A stretch of 64,000 nucleotides of DNA from Dimorphilus gyrociliatus (taxonomy: Eukaryota; Animalia; Annelida): assembly GCA_904063045.1 (NCBI GenBank), contig CAJFCJ010000017.1:434001-498000 (forward strand). Reading direction: 5' to 3'. Below the pieces are notes generated by a model. It was not told the DNA's origin. It was given only the letters and a program-made list of their open reading frames with translations, and made no database searches. The position numbers and the translations under genes are program-made. Shown here piece after piece: positions 1 to 13,700 of this stretch; positions within the stretch are counted from its first letter, which is position 1; each line of letters opens with the position of its first letter.

Positions 1-2
1 CA

Positions 3-101
3 GAGAATGACGGTGCCGTGAGAATGAGTGCTCTTCATCCATACTCAATAAGCCAGCATAAAATCTCAAATGAGAATGAGCCCCATAAAATGGAACTTTG
101 A
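3..101 (+). CDS. Possible 3' end of a gene entering from the left edge (ENDGAVRMSALHPYSISQHKISNENEPHKMEL*)
   Basis: Frame 3 is open from the edge to TGA at 99-101; more GC-rich than the AT-rich sequence that follows. No recognisable homology. Confidence 0.3.
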   Translation, partial: ENDGAVRMSALHPYSISQHKISNENEPHKMEL

Positions 102-220
102 AAAGCTTTTGTGCTTTTTTAACATTTTTATAGTTCTCAAATACAAACTTCTTTACTCTTAATAAAGAAAAATCGAAATTTTATTATTAAATATATTCTA
201 TACACCAATATATAATTATT

Positions 221-255
<35 letters not shown>

Positions 256-992
256 TCTCTCACTCTTTCTTTCTTTCTTTTTAGCGCCGTTATTACAACT
301 TTTTACTTCTTTTCTAACTGTCTTTAGTCAATTTTTAAATAGATCATGAATATGAATTTTTTACGAAAATTACACAGTTTGACCTACTTTTTCATTTTTT
401 TTCCCTCTCTCTTTTCCAATGTTTCTCTTAATAAATAAACAATATGATATATAAGTAGTATAACTATATAAATGTTAACATACCAAAATTTTTCAAAAAG
501 GAAAAAAAGAGAGGAGAATACAAGCGGATATTCGTGAGATGCTATTTAAATGCATTCCTCCAATCATTAGACATTTCTAGATAATTGCTAAATTGGTTTG
601 ACGAATTTTTTATAGAAGAATTAAAAGATAGAATAAAAGAAAGAGTATGTAGAAGAAATTCAATAAAGAAAGTTATTGGAGGAAGAGGACTATTAGTAGG
701 AGGTTGCGAACAATTTACATGATTTTCTTTTCTTTATTTAATATCTTTATTATCTGTTTTTTTTTTCATGAGAGAAACATGAACATTTTATATGAATATA
801 CAATGTATTTTTTACATGTATTTCATTATATATATGTAATATATACTGTATATATGCTTACATAAGAGGAAGATATAAACAATTTTTATTCATATGTACA
901 GGCGAATTGAACCACGTTCCTTTTTTGCATTTATTAAAAAACACATAGTAAAAGAGATTGAGAGACAAAAAATAACGAATAAAAGAAAAAGA

Positions 993-1017
993 CTTCTTCT
1001 TCTTCTTCTTCTTCTTC
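993..1017. repeat. (TTC)n microsatellite
   Basis: Direct reading. Confidence 0.9.
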
Positions 1018-1316
1018 CGGTTGTCTTATAAAAGAAGAGAAAAAAGTGAAAAAAAACATACATTAATTATATAATATACAGTTAAAACAAACTTTGCAGA
1101 GCAAATTCTTGCACACTTGAACAATAACAATAAATAAGCTTTTAAAAAGGCATAAATTATTCTGTACGGTTTTTTTTATATTCCTTTATCATAACTTCCA
1201 AATCAAAAATTGAATAGATCGACCTACTTTTCCTTGCACGTCTCTTTCTCTTTCTGTCTATAAAGTCTATATATCTCTCGTTCTCATTCTCTTTCTGAAT
1301 CTTTATTTTTGTCCGA

Positions 1317-2045
1317 TTAATCATGTTTTTCTTTCGTAGTTGTGCTCTCTTCCTTTCCTAATATAAAGTCCATACCGAATTTTAGAGGCGTTTTTGTTGA
1401 ATCATTCTTTGGTTTTTCTGGTGACTTTTCCGGTGAAGTAAGAGACGGTTGACTAATTTGCATGTAATTAATCATAGGATAGGGTATAGATAGTGGTGGG
1501 ATACTTCGTATATCTAAAGAACGTATAGGAGATATGCCAGTATGAGAATTATGAACAAGGAGATGGCGTTTTAATAGAGCTTTCCGGCAGAAATTTCTGC
1601 CACATGTACCACATTTGTAACCAGCTCTATGATAATTATTAACGTGATCTCGTAAATCGGCCTTATTCTTGAATAAGATTTCACAACACTCCAGTATTTT
1701 ATCACATTCGTGATGCATTGTTGATATATGCCTTTTTAAATTGTTCTTTCTATCCGTTACGTATTGGCATTGAGGGCACTGGAAGAGTTTTTTACCCGAG
1801 GATGTATGAACTATTGGCGGTTGGAGATCATGGTTTGTTGAATTTCTTGTCATAGCAGTCATCTGGGCCATTCTCGCAGCATGGAGTGCCAGCATCTCGT
1901 TCCTTAAATGCCAGTTGGTAACGTTAATTCTAGGAAAGTTTAGTCCAGGGAAAATAGACGGTCTTGGAACGTTGAAAGTTCCTTTACTTTGAGGAGTCAT
2001 AATCCGTACAGGATTAGCATTTGATATCGATTCGTCGTCCATCAT
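1317..2045 (-). CDS. Single-exon C2H2 zinc-finger protein, 242 aa
   Basis: Fingers CPQCQYVTDRKNNLKRHISTMH, CCEILFKNKADLRDHVNNYH and CGTCGRNFCRKALLKRHLLVH; C-terminal eh1-like motif FGMDFIL. Confidence 0.9.
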   Translation of the reverse strand: MMDDESISNANPVRIMTPQSKGTFNVPRPSIFPGLNFPRINVTNWHLRNEMLALHAARMAQMTAMTRNSTNHDLQPPIVHTSSGKKLFQCPQCQYVTDRKNNLKRHISTMHHECDKILECCEILFKNKADLRDHVNNYHRAGYKCGTCGRNFCRKALLKRHLLVHNSHTGISPIRSLDIRSIPPLSIPYPMINYMQISQPSLTSPEKSPEKPKNDSTKTPLKFGMDFILGKEESTTTKEKHD

Positions 2046-2119
2046 TTATCTGATCACGATCGGAAGATCGACGGTCGGCATAAAAAATAACTGATACGCC
2101 TTCAACGTGAGTGGGCGAG

Positions 2120-2180
2120 CCAATCAGCACTCACGAGCGTCTGTTCGAGGCGCTGATTGGTCGGGTTGAATAGCGATTGG
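2120..2180. promoter_or_regulatory. Cluster of three CCAAT boxes upstream of the zinc-finger gene
   Basis: ccaatca at 2120, tgattgg ending at 2160 and gattgg ending near 2179, within a CpG-rich block (~2050-2950). Confidence 0.5.
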
Positions 2181-3224
2181 GGAGGAGGCCAGGTGTGGAG
2201 AGACGAAGCAGAGAAAATGGAACGGAGCGTAGCGGTTTTTGGTTTGCGTGTTGAATTTGTGTTGAATGGCGGAAACGAACACAATAAGAATGCAACAATT
2301 ATCGCAGCGCGTCGGCAAGCACAGAAGCGACAGACGGGTTTCCTAACTCGGCCTGTCTTGGGTATCTATTTAGGGAAATATGAATGGAAGAGGAACCGGT
2401 CTAGAATTGCAACGTCTCACGGTTCTGGCTCACCATCTGACGGTCGTTTTCAAACGTCACGCACGTTTGATGACTGCATGACCATCGCTTGACCACAAGG
2501 CCCTTTTAGACACGCATCGTCGAAATGCGTTTATTAGAGGCCTCCTTAGAAGCTATACACAAGCCGCTTTTAAGTAGATTTGTTTGGAGAATTAAAGACG
2601 TTCAAGAGAGAAAAGAGGAAAAGGGGGAGGTGAGAAAAAAACATGTTTTTGACGTATTTTTTCCCACTTTTACCTTTCCCTGGTAAACGTAAACCTTACG
2701 TAACTGACACGAGGCACCCAGCGTTTCTTAGGCGTCACCGAGCGGATGCGCGTGCAGTAAGTGGGCGTGGCTTCAAATCGACGGGATTCTCAGCGCAATA
2801 GGGTGATAGTTGCGATCAAGCAGTTCGGTTGGATGAATTTATCTGTCCAAATTCACCTTCAACAAATCTCGAACGGAATGATAATTGTTGCAATTTATCG
2901 TTTTGACACTCGAGATTTTTTTGTCATTGTTGAACGAATGTCGTGACTTATAAGTATTCTTCAACGTATATTTCTTATTGATCAATAGACATTATATCCT
3001 TAATTTTAAAGATACAATACAAACACTAATGTCACTCAGTAAGCCCCATATTAAAGTTGTTTTATCATATCCCACTATCTTAAATAGAGCATTATTTCTC
3101 CCCAATCTCCTCCTCTCCCTAAAGGGAGAAATATCTCTACTACACCCTTTCAAGTAATGTTCAAGCTATTACTTAATCATTTCGTTCCAAAAGATAACTT
3201 ACACATAGCCTTGAAAAACCTAAA

Positions 3225-3261
<37 letters not shown>

Positions 3262-4218
3262 AACTTTTCATACCATGGTGACATCTAGTAGTCTGAATGG
3301 GCATAATACTAGGATTTTCATTTCTACTAATTGCTGTTTAAACGAACAACTGTCAGAGCTGAGAGGAAATTCTTGTTTACGCTTCAAATATAGCTTATCA
3401 TTATTTGCTTACATAGTATTAGCATATTTGCGTGTTTTTAAACATTTTACGAGCTCATCTATAAACAATGGTTAGTTAATTTAATTAGGATGGCAATAAT
3501 TTAGCAAAGACAAATAAAAATCTTGTCGTATGATCTTCTATTTAGGTCGATATATCTCTTTGTCTCTCTGTCTCTCTGTCTCACTCGCTCGCTACCTTCT
3601 TTCCGATCTTTCTCTCTTTCTCTTTCTCTCTCTATCTCTTTCTTATGAATTAGTTATAAAGGTAATAAACTTTGATCCTAAGTCATAAAAATACCTTAAT
3701 TTTTTCATTTATGGAGTCTTTAACCTCTTTTTCTATTAAGTTTTGCGAAATATAATATACCCATGTAACTCAAGTTTTTAGCAATACACAGTGTATTATT
3801 ATTGTCTATAGCTATTAGTTTATTATTATGTATAGTCAGCGCCATCTATGGATATGCTAAATAGACGTAAGTAGATTTAGTTGGAAATTTTAAATACTCG
3901 AAAGAATGTTGTATGTTTTTGTATAAAATGAAATTATTTATAAAAAAAAAAGAGTTTTTTTTTTAAAGAAAAAGTTAAGATTTGTTCAGATTTAACAAGT
4001 TTGAAATACTTCTAAAATGTGGGACTTGTTTATTTTTACTCTCATTCATTCATTAAACATTTTTGTTAAACATACACTAACATAGTTATGTAAAAGCTAA
4101 GTCTCCCATATAGTGCTATACGTAGACAAAATGGAGAATAAGAATAAACGTTGCAGGAGGCAGCCGCAATAGTTGCAGTCTTTGCAACAAAATTTTCGTC
4201 TTCCAAAGGTAAGAAAAT

Positions 4219-5691
<1,473 letters not shown>

Positions 5692-5735
5692 TCAATCTCA
5701 AGCCGAGCTCGAAATGCTCACCACATACAGTGCAG

Positions 5736-5807
5736 TTTATATACTTTCGGTTATATACTATCGCCGCCTGATGGGAATTTTTGGCACATTACCATATTTG
5801 GTAATGT
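5736..5807 (-). promoter_or_regulatory. Actin promoter: TATA box (TATATAAA, 5743-5736) and CArG/SRF box (CCATATTTGG, 5792-5801)
   Basis: Perfect CC(A/T)6GG about 50 bp upstream of a TATA box and about 175 bp upstream of the ATG; CArG boxes are established regulators of actin genes. Confidence 0.8.
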
Positions 5808-7761
5808 TCTGTTTGCTGTAAAAAAAAAGTTTGTGCGTGTTTTCTGTCTCCTTTCCGGTTAGTTTAAAAAAAAACTATTTTATTGAACTTTAACGTTTAC
5901 ATGGGCCTAGATAATCTCGTAATGAAAATAATTGCATTATGGGTCAATAGAAAGTATTTTAAGTCCTTTTAGCAAACCAACCAGCCTCCCTCCCTTCCTT
6001 CCTCCCTCCCCACCCCCTGCAGCTTCTTCTTCCCTCTCAATACACCCTCTTTTACTCTAATAATTGTAACACAGTTCATTTCCACGTATGATAAAGCACG
6101 GAAAAATGTATATTTTTATAGAACTTTTACGATTCAATAGTATGTCTATAAACAATAAAGAATGATGAAAGTTGTAAAATATTCACAACTTTTGTCTACT
6201 TTTTTCTGTTTTAGACAAATATGGTAAGAAACAAACGAATAATATACACACGCAAAAAAACATGACTGATATATTAGGCCTATTCTAGCTAGCCAAGACG
6301 TAAAAGGAATTAGTGAATTTTCAACTTAAAAAAAAATTGATGTGATGCTAAATGTCCTTTTTAAGGATATTTAACAAAGATGTATTCGTAAAACCGAAAA
6401 AAAAACAAGCTTAATAATTCTTATATAGGATTAATTTGACGATTCCATCATTTGTTCTGCAATTAGTTAAATGTCATTTGTTATATAGGAAAATTATATT
6501 GTATCTATCGTTTATTGATAAGGATTCATCCGCCTGGAAAAAAAATAATACAGTATATTAAAAAAAAAAGGGTAGATAGGTGAAATACAGCAATATGAAA
6601 TATACTGGAGAGGAATTTTATTGGAATAAATGATAAAACTGGAATTCTTCTTTGTATTTCAATGGTTGTATCTACAAAAAAAGAGACGAATATTTAGAAA
6701 TGTTTTCATATTTTAAAACCTGCTGACCTCGTGTGTAAACAATACCAACAAATAGTTTTTACAATGTCAGCTATTACTTTCATTTGTATGAAAAGATAGG
6801 TAGCGGGAGATGTATATACTGTATATATATATATACATAGAGAGAGAGAGAGAGAGAGTTAAAATGCAAAAGGTGTATAAGCACTAGAAATCGATCAGAA
6901 TTTCAAATTAACTCGTAACCCTAGATTTCATTAATTACAATAACGTTAGCTATGCATTAATAACATATTCCTAAATTGTTACAGGCCAGTTAAAAAAAAA
7001 AGTATTCCATCAAAAATTTGTTTACTAAAGGCCTATAAATACCGAAGGAGTGTTGAATTCTTTTTTTTTACATTAATAATTATAGAATATAAAACATAAA
7101 ACTCTTTTGGGGAAAATTGGAAAAATTAAAAAAAAGAACAACCCTTGGATAAAAACTTCAACTATGTGGGTCACGTGATGAAATTTTTAGTTTATGTTGT
7201 TTTATATACGATTTTTATATTATCTTTTTATTTATGTATTTATATATATATATATTAAATGTATAAAATAGAGAGTTGCTTTATGTGCAAAACATCAGTA
7301 ATCAAACATTCGTAATAGTTTGAACATAGTAGTAGAAATAGTAGTTGTAGTAGTAATTAAAATATTTGACGTAATGAATATTGTTGTATTTATTTCATGG
7401 TTTAGTAGTTGTTTACTAGTATTGGTAAAGTAAAAATTTTTGTTTTTTTAAAAAAAAAATGCAAACAACAAATGTAAAAGGGAAAATTCTTTTTCTCCTA
7501 TTTTATGTGCCTTAGCAAGAAGAGAGAGAGAGAGAGGGAATGGGACAAATGTATGTATCATATAAATACATAACGTATGCAGTGTATACTTAATACAATA
7601 TATTAATAAATATTAGTATATATATATATATATATATGTATACACTTTGATGCTTTATGAATATTCATAAATCGTTTTCTTTGTGCAAAATAGGAACAAA
7701 AAATAATAATATAATTTATAAATGTTTTTATATATGTAAATGTATATATGTATATTTGTAA

Positions 7762-10700
7762 TCAATCGTCCAGTTGACATAGAGCAGCCACACCCCTATT
7801 AATCCAGTGTTGTTGAGGTTTATTAGATGGTAATTGCAACCATAGGACAAAATTAGTAGAGTGACCAGTTGTTGATAAAGTGCCTCTTCTGGCTGAAGTT
7901 TTATATACTGGACAGTCGTAGATTGGCCTTTTTTCGAATTTTGAGACCTCGCCCGGTTTGAGCCAAATAATTGGTATTGTATCGTATAGAATTTTCGGAT
8001 GCGATTCAGCTATTACCATAGTATCTCTGTCCCACCTTGCACCCTCGATAAATAAACCCTTTAAGGGGATAAAAACAATAAAAGCGTCATTAACAAGTCA
8101 TAATAATATTACTTATACTAAGTATTAATATTAATAATTTGGCAAGATAACTTACATAGATATAAGCTCCATCTTGTGGTTTCTCTTTCATTTCTTTTTC
8201 TTCGCTCATAACTTGAAATTCAAAGCCTAGATGATCAATTGGTATTTTATATCTACGAGCGTAGTTCTGCGACACTCCTGTAAAGAAGGATTGCGTAAAA
8301 TAGAAACCGGATACCCAAAAAGTAGTTGGAGTGCCGTTTTCAATCCAATCTTGAAAGAATTTTAATCTAGCTAAAAAGTCGCTAACGTAACCACCCAAAG
8401 GTTTTAGAGATGGATAGCTTTTTGCTGCCCAAACGGCAGGTACTTTACCGACTAGCATACTATCGAATATTTCTTCAAGTTCAGCCGACATAACGACTAA
8501 ACCTTTAATGGCCTTTTGTAGGTTAATAAGTGTACTTCTCACCACTCGAGTTAATCGATTAAATCGGATTAGTTCTTGTCTTAGTACCGTATTCATACTT
8601 TCTGTATATATAACGGGATATTTCTTAATTACGGCTTCCATATCGAAATCGGCTGGTAGTTTTGACAAGATATCAGCTGCTAAATCGAGAATAGTTTCGC
8701 CTGGTGACTTGCCCGCGCCTCCAGTCTGTCTTGGAAGTGTTAGGAGAATGCTGTCAAATAATTGGCTAGTTTCCTTATTATCTTTAGTAATATCAGCGTT
8801 TTCGTGTAGACCAAATACTTCGGGATGAGGAATAAGAGGCAAACCGCGGATATAATCAACGTACGATCTATAAGTTCCATCTTTAGGAGCAAAATATATC
8901 CCGGAAGCGGAAAATTTGTAGGATTCGATATCAATAATTTCATTACAGTAGAATAGTCCTAGTAGAGAGTTAAGAAGACGACGATCCTTGTCATCAGTGA
9001 CTCTTCCTCCGTAATTACATTCTCCTGTAAGGTAAAGGAGAGCTTCGAGAGGAAGTTCTTCGTAATCGGTTAAAAACATTCGCAATTGTGTTAACGAAAT
9101 TCTTAAATCGGATTCGTTAAATTCGTACGGTATGTTCCATCCTAAAGGTCCAAACTTTCGTCTCTCTTGTACTAAAGCGTGGAAGAAGCAGAGTCCGAAA
9201 AGCATTTTATGGAATCTGTGAGGTTCTCCACCTCCGTTGAAATAGGACGAATCGGAAACAGGATCGTTTAGGTATGATCTTAATAGATTTGCTCTTAAGC
9301 CTTTAGGAGGTTCGTTCGTCATCTTCACTCCATTCTGCAATATTGAAACTGGGAAATCATCGGATGGATAACTCGTTAGCCACAATCTGAAGTCCTTATG
9401 GGTATTTTCCGGTATAATTACTTCCTCGCAGATCTTTTCTAGTTTAGGCATCCAACTGGTTGCGAGATGGCAATTTTGTAATACAACCCAGGATCCATTC
9501 TTCAAAGCCTCATCTATCATACCCGATGCAATTGGACCTTGACCCTGTCCTAAGGAAATAGTCTTTATCTTATTTCCTGAGTATCCTTTATCTTCGGCAA
9601 ATTTAAGTAAGGCGTTCATTGGATCTGCACCAGGAGATAGAACAAATATAAGAGGAGCGCAGCAATTTGAGTCATTATACGATCCAGGTAGATCAAACGT
9701 AGGTGGTTCAATATATGACTGTCCCAGGTGTTCAACAATGAACTGTTGAACCGCTGGTACGATCTTATCAGGTCTAAACATTCTTAATACAACGATTCTA
9801 TCCAAACCAGACAGGATATCATAGGGCGATGGATATTTAAAAGCTTGCGGATCGGCTGAATCGTACATCGCCTTCCATTCATTAATATTATCCTTGACGT
9901 GCTCCATAAAATTTTTCAAGTTCGGCAGATCTGAAGCACGAACAATTTCCGACCATGATTTATCAATGAGCCAATCGGAGGCTGGATTTGGATGAGGATT
10001 TTCTAATGCAACTCCTCCAGTAAGTAGGAATCTCCATACCGTATCGTCAATTTGACCTCTTCCTTTAAGTATTCCGATACACAGTAAAAAGGAAAAGAGT
10101 AGCTTATCCTTTTCAAATAAAGATCTACAGACATTTTTGTAGATGCTATCGGAAAAATGTTCATTTAAATTCTCTATTCTAGTCTCTAAGTCTGTCGATG
10201 GTTCTGAATTTGCGATGGACTGCAGGTATAAATTAATAAACCAAACAAGAGAATACTGATACATAGGTTCAATATTTGATAAATCCGATATGCAGAAGAA
10301 TAGAATGGAAGAATGGACAGCTACAGGTTTATATCCATTTCTGGTTTGATCAATTTGAATTTCTGTTGTTGCTGCTATTTCTTGTTTAGCAGAAATCTGC
10401 TCTGAGAGATTTTTGGATGAAGATAAGATTTTAATTGCTTTTTCATCTTCTAGAATATTGCCTTGAGAAGAACTAAGAACCTCCAGAATGTTATCTTCAA
10501 TTTCTTTCAATTGTTTCTTATTTGCCGCACTTTCAACAATTAACTCGTTCTTTTTCTCTTCCAATTCGGGTTTTTCTTTAGCAGCGACAATACCCAACAA
10601 TTGGTCTTCTAATCCTTGAGGTGTTATCATAAAGTTCAATAAGCATACTTTGACGCTGACCTCGGGTAAATAATGAGGATTTCTTAAAACTGTTGTCATG

Positions 10701-13700
10701 TAGAGACGGAAATCTTTTGAGTATTCAATACTGTTATCTCCTAATTTGATATAGTCGACACCCTGTTGTCTGAAAGTTAACTTCTGAAGAACAGGCTCAA
10801 GGATAGGATCCAATTCTTCACCAACATTTTCAATCAATACTGGTTGGCCAAAAGTGATAGCGTTCTCCAAAGTTCTAATATAATTTGCATCAGTTAACTT
10901 AACAACATTCAATTTATTTGATTTTTCCATATTTTTGACCCATTTATTAGCTTGACCTTGAGGATCAATCATCAATGGCCAACGCCTAGAATTAGCAACG
11001 ATGATACCATTCTCAACTGAGAAAGAATCTACTGGGAGACCAGCTATGTTCCAAGCTCGAATTTTAACGGGTTCTCCTAGAGTTGCATTTAATGAAAATA
11101 TTTCAGAGCATGGAATCTCTTTCTCGGTGCATATTTTATGCCAAATTGCCGTTTGTTCATTACGGAAGTCGACGGTAAACGCTCCTAAATAAGCAACAAC
11201 AGCTGAAGATAGTAAAACGTCTCCAGTGATGTTAATATATTTTTCTCCAAGTTCTTTGGCATTAGCCGTCCATCTGTCTTTTTCTCCGCCTAATCCACCA
11301 ATAAGCTTCTCGGCTCTTTCCAACTTTTTCGTACATAGATCAATATTTTCTTCAAGATCTTTCTTTTTCTGGGTCATTGCTTCAAATTCATCATTAAGAG
11401 CTTGAAGTTTGCTTGTTACTTCGTTCACTTGAGCTCTTTTTGCATTTAATTTATCCATTTGAACGGCTAGTTCGCTTTCGGCTTCGTCCAATTTGGCTTT
11501 TTTCGGAGCAACAACTCGAGCTATCCTGTCGTACGTATCCATAGCCTTTACCCATTTACAAAGACCTTCACAAGCAGTAGACGCAGATTTAATAACCGAC
11601 GGTTCAAAATCGGGATTGCTCGTATATTTATCTCTAATCTTTTTAATGATAGGAGGTGGAATATTATCTTTATCGTAGGTTTTAAGTCTATTAAGGAAAT
11701 TCAAGTCGCTTAGAAGACGTAGAGATGCTGCCCAGTAGTCTTCTATCATTTTACCGGAACCACCAGGATCAGGTTTCCTATCCGCTTTCATATTTAACAT
11801 AACGCAAATAGATTCCATAACAATTTTAACAATAGTCGGCGGATTCTATAAAAAGAATAAATAATATATATCACTAAGATTACTCCTAGTAATTAGAATA
11901 TTAAATATACCTTCATCGATTTAACTACAGTGATATCATTAGGTTTTAAGGTATTTAGGGCACTAATTGCAGCTTCTAAAGCTGGAATAGCTTCGGCTAA
12001 ATCACTTTCGCAATCGTCTTTTATGGCTTGAGCTGCTGCCGCTGCTTCGTTTGCGACAGCTTCATCAGCAGCAACAACCTCCTTCTTTGCTTCAACTTCA
12101 ACGGTATCTTGTTCGATTTTAACCATAAGTTTTTCAGTTTCAGCACTAGTTTTAATCAATTCAGGTTGAAGATCAGTCAATTCTTGTTGCATAACTTCAA
12201 CTTGAGAAGCTGCAAATTCCAATTTCTCCAAACCGGTTAAGTATCTATTAAAGGTGTATTAAAGTTAGGTTTTACTTAATCGTTATTATATTGATATTTC
12301 TATTATTTACCGATTTTTAAGGGTCATTATTTCGTTACGCTTTTGACCCAATAGTTTCTTAAAGGTCAGAATTAGTTCAAGATAGGAAGTGGGCGTTACA
12401 TAATTCATTCTTCGGAGAGTATCATAATATTTAAGCGATAATTGTCTAACGCTTTCGTGAAAGTATTTACACATCGATACACTCTCAGTCCTTATATTAT
12501 CTTCTAAATCAACTTCTTCAAGGAACTTATTAGCCACCATTTCTAAAGCATCCTCCGGCCAAGCCTAATAAAGAAGTTTATTGATGAAAGGTACAACGCT
12601 TAATCGATTATTGTCAATAAATATAAAACTCACTTGGAACCAATCAATAGTACAGCAATTAATTAATGATGGAAATTGTCTAAGTCTAGTTCTAAAAGCA
12701 TCTCCTATTGGTGACATAGCCAGAACGATATGTAAATTTTGCCTGACACGATCAATGAAGTAATTATACATAGCTAACGGTGTAGCTTCCACTTTCTTTC
12801 CCTAAAAGTATAATAATTGACCTATTTTATTATATTATTACTTTTTAACATATAATAATTATTAAATATAAATAGAAATATACAAGGATAGACAATTGAA
12901 TATACAAGCGGTAATTTACACATTTAAAGCGACATTATAAAACTCTAGAACTTCGTCTCTTGTATAATGTCTACAAAATAATAAACAAACAAATTTCATA
13001 TATATCTATATAGTTTAATAAAACATATAATATATATGAAATGCCATTAAAACTTATAAATACTATATTTTATTAATTTTTTCTCCATTTAAATAGGTCG
13101 GGAAAGGTGACGTCATTTCACAGTATAATTTATCTTAATACTGTATAACTGAACGATAAGGATAATCAAAATCTAAAACTATCATGCAATAAGAGGGTCA
13201 AATACAGTATATGGAACCTCCATCTCTTTGTTAACCATTTCGCTAAGTTGCTCCGCTGAAATACCTAGTTTCTTCTTTTTCTTCTCTAATTCTTCTTGTA
13301 TCCTTATCATCTTATTTATGGATAATTTTTATAAGGTGTAGAAAAAAAACAAACAAATTGGATATTGTAGTTACATTAATTCAGTGTTCGATAAAAGGGA
13401 AGCTAAGGGATTTTGTATGATAAGAATTAATTATTTTTTATCTATTTTGTTTAGGTTATTAATTATTTATTTATAATCTAAAATTTAGGTCATTTAGTTG
13501 AAGGCTAAAACAGGGGGCGTGTCCTTAATCAAGTTCAATTTCATTTTATAAATTAAGGAATATATATATACTGTATATAAGATAAATTTTGAACTTACCT
13601 CGTTTCTCGCTACTGTTTGCATCTTTTCTATAATTTCCGCTTTTTCGTCCGATGCGTAAAGATTCGGCACATCTCCAGTATTTAGAATCATACTAATATC

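Noticed and set aside
13374-13402. Exon-like segment cttag|CTTCCC...TTAAT|gtaact in a DNAH3 intron
   Set aside because: 28 nt with an in-frame stop; not frame-preserving and no further support (a poison exon is not excluded).
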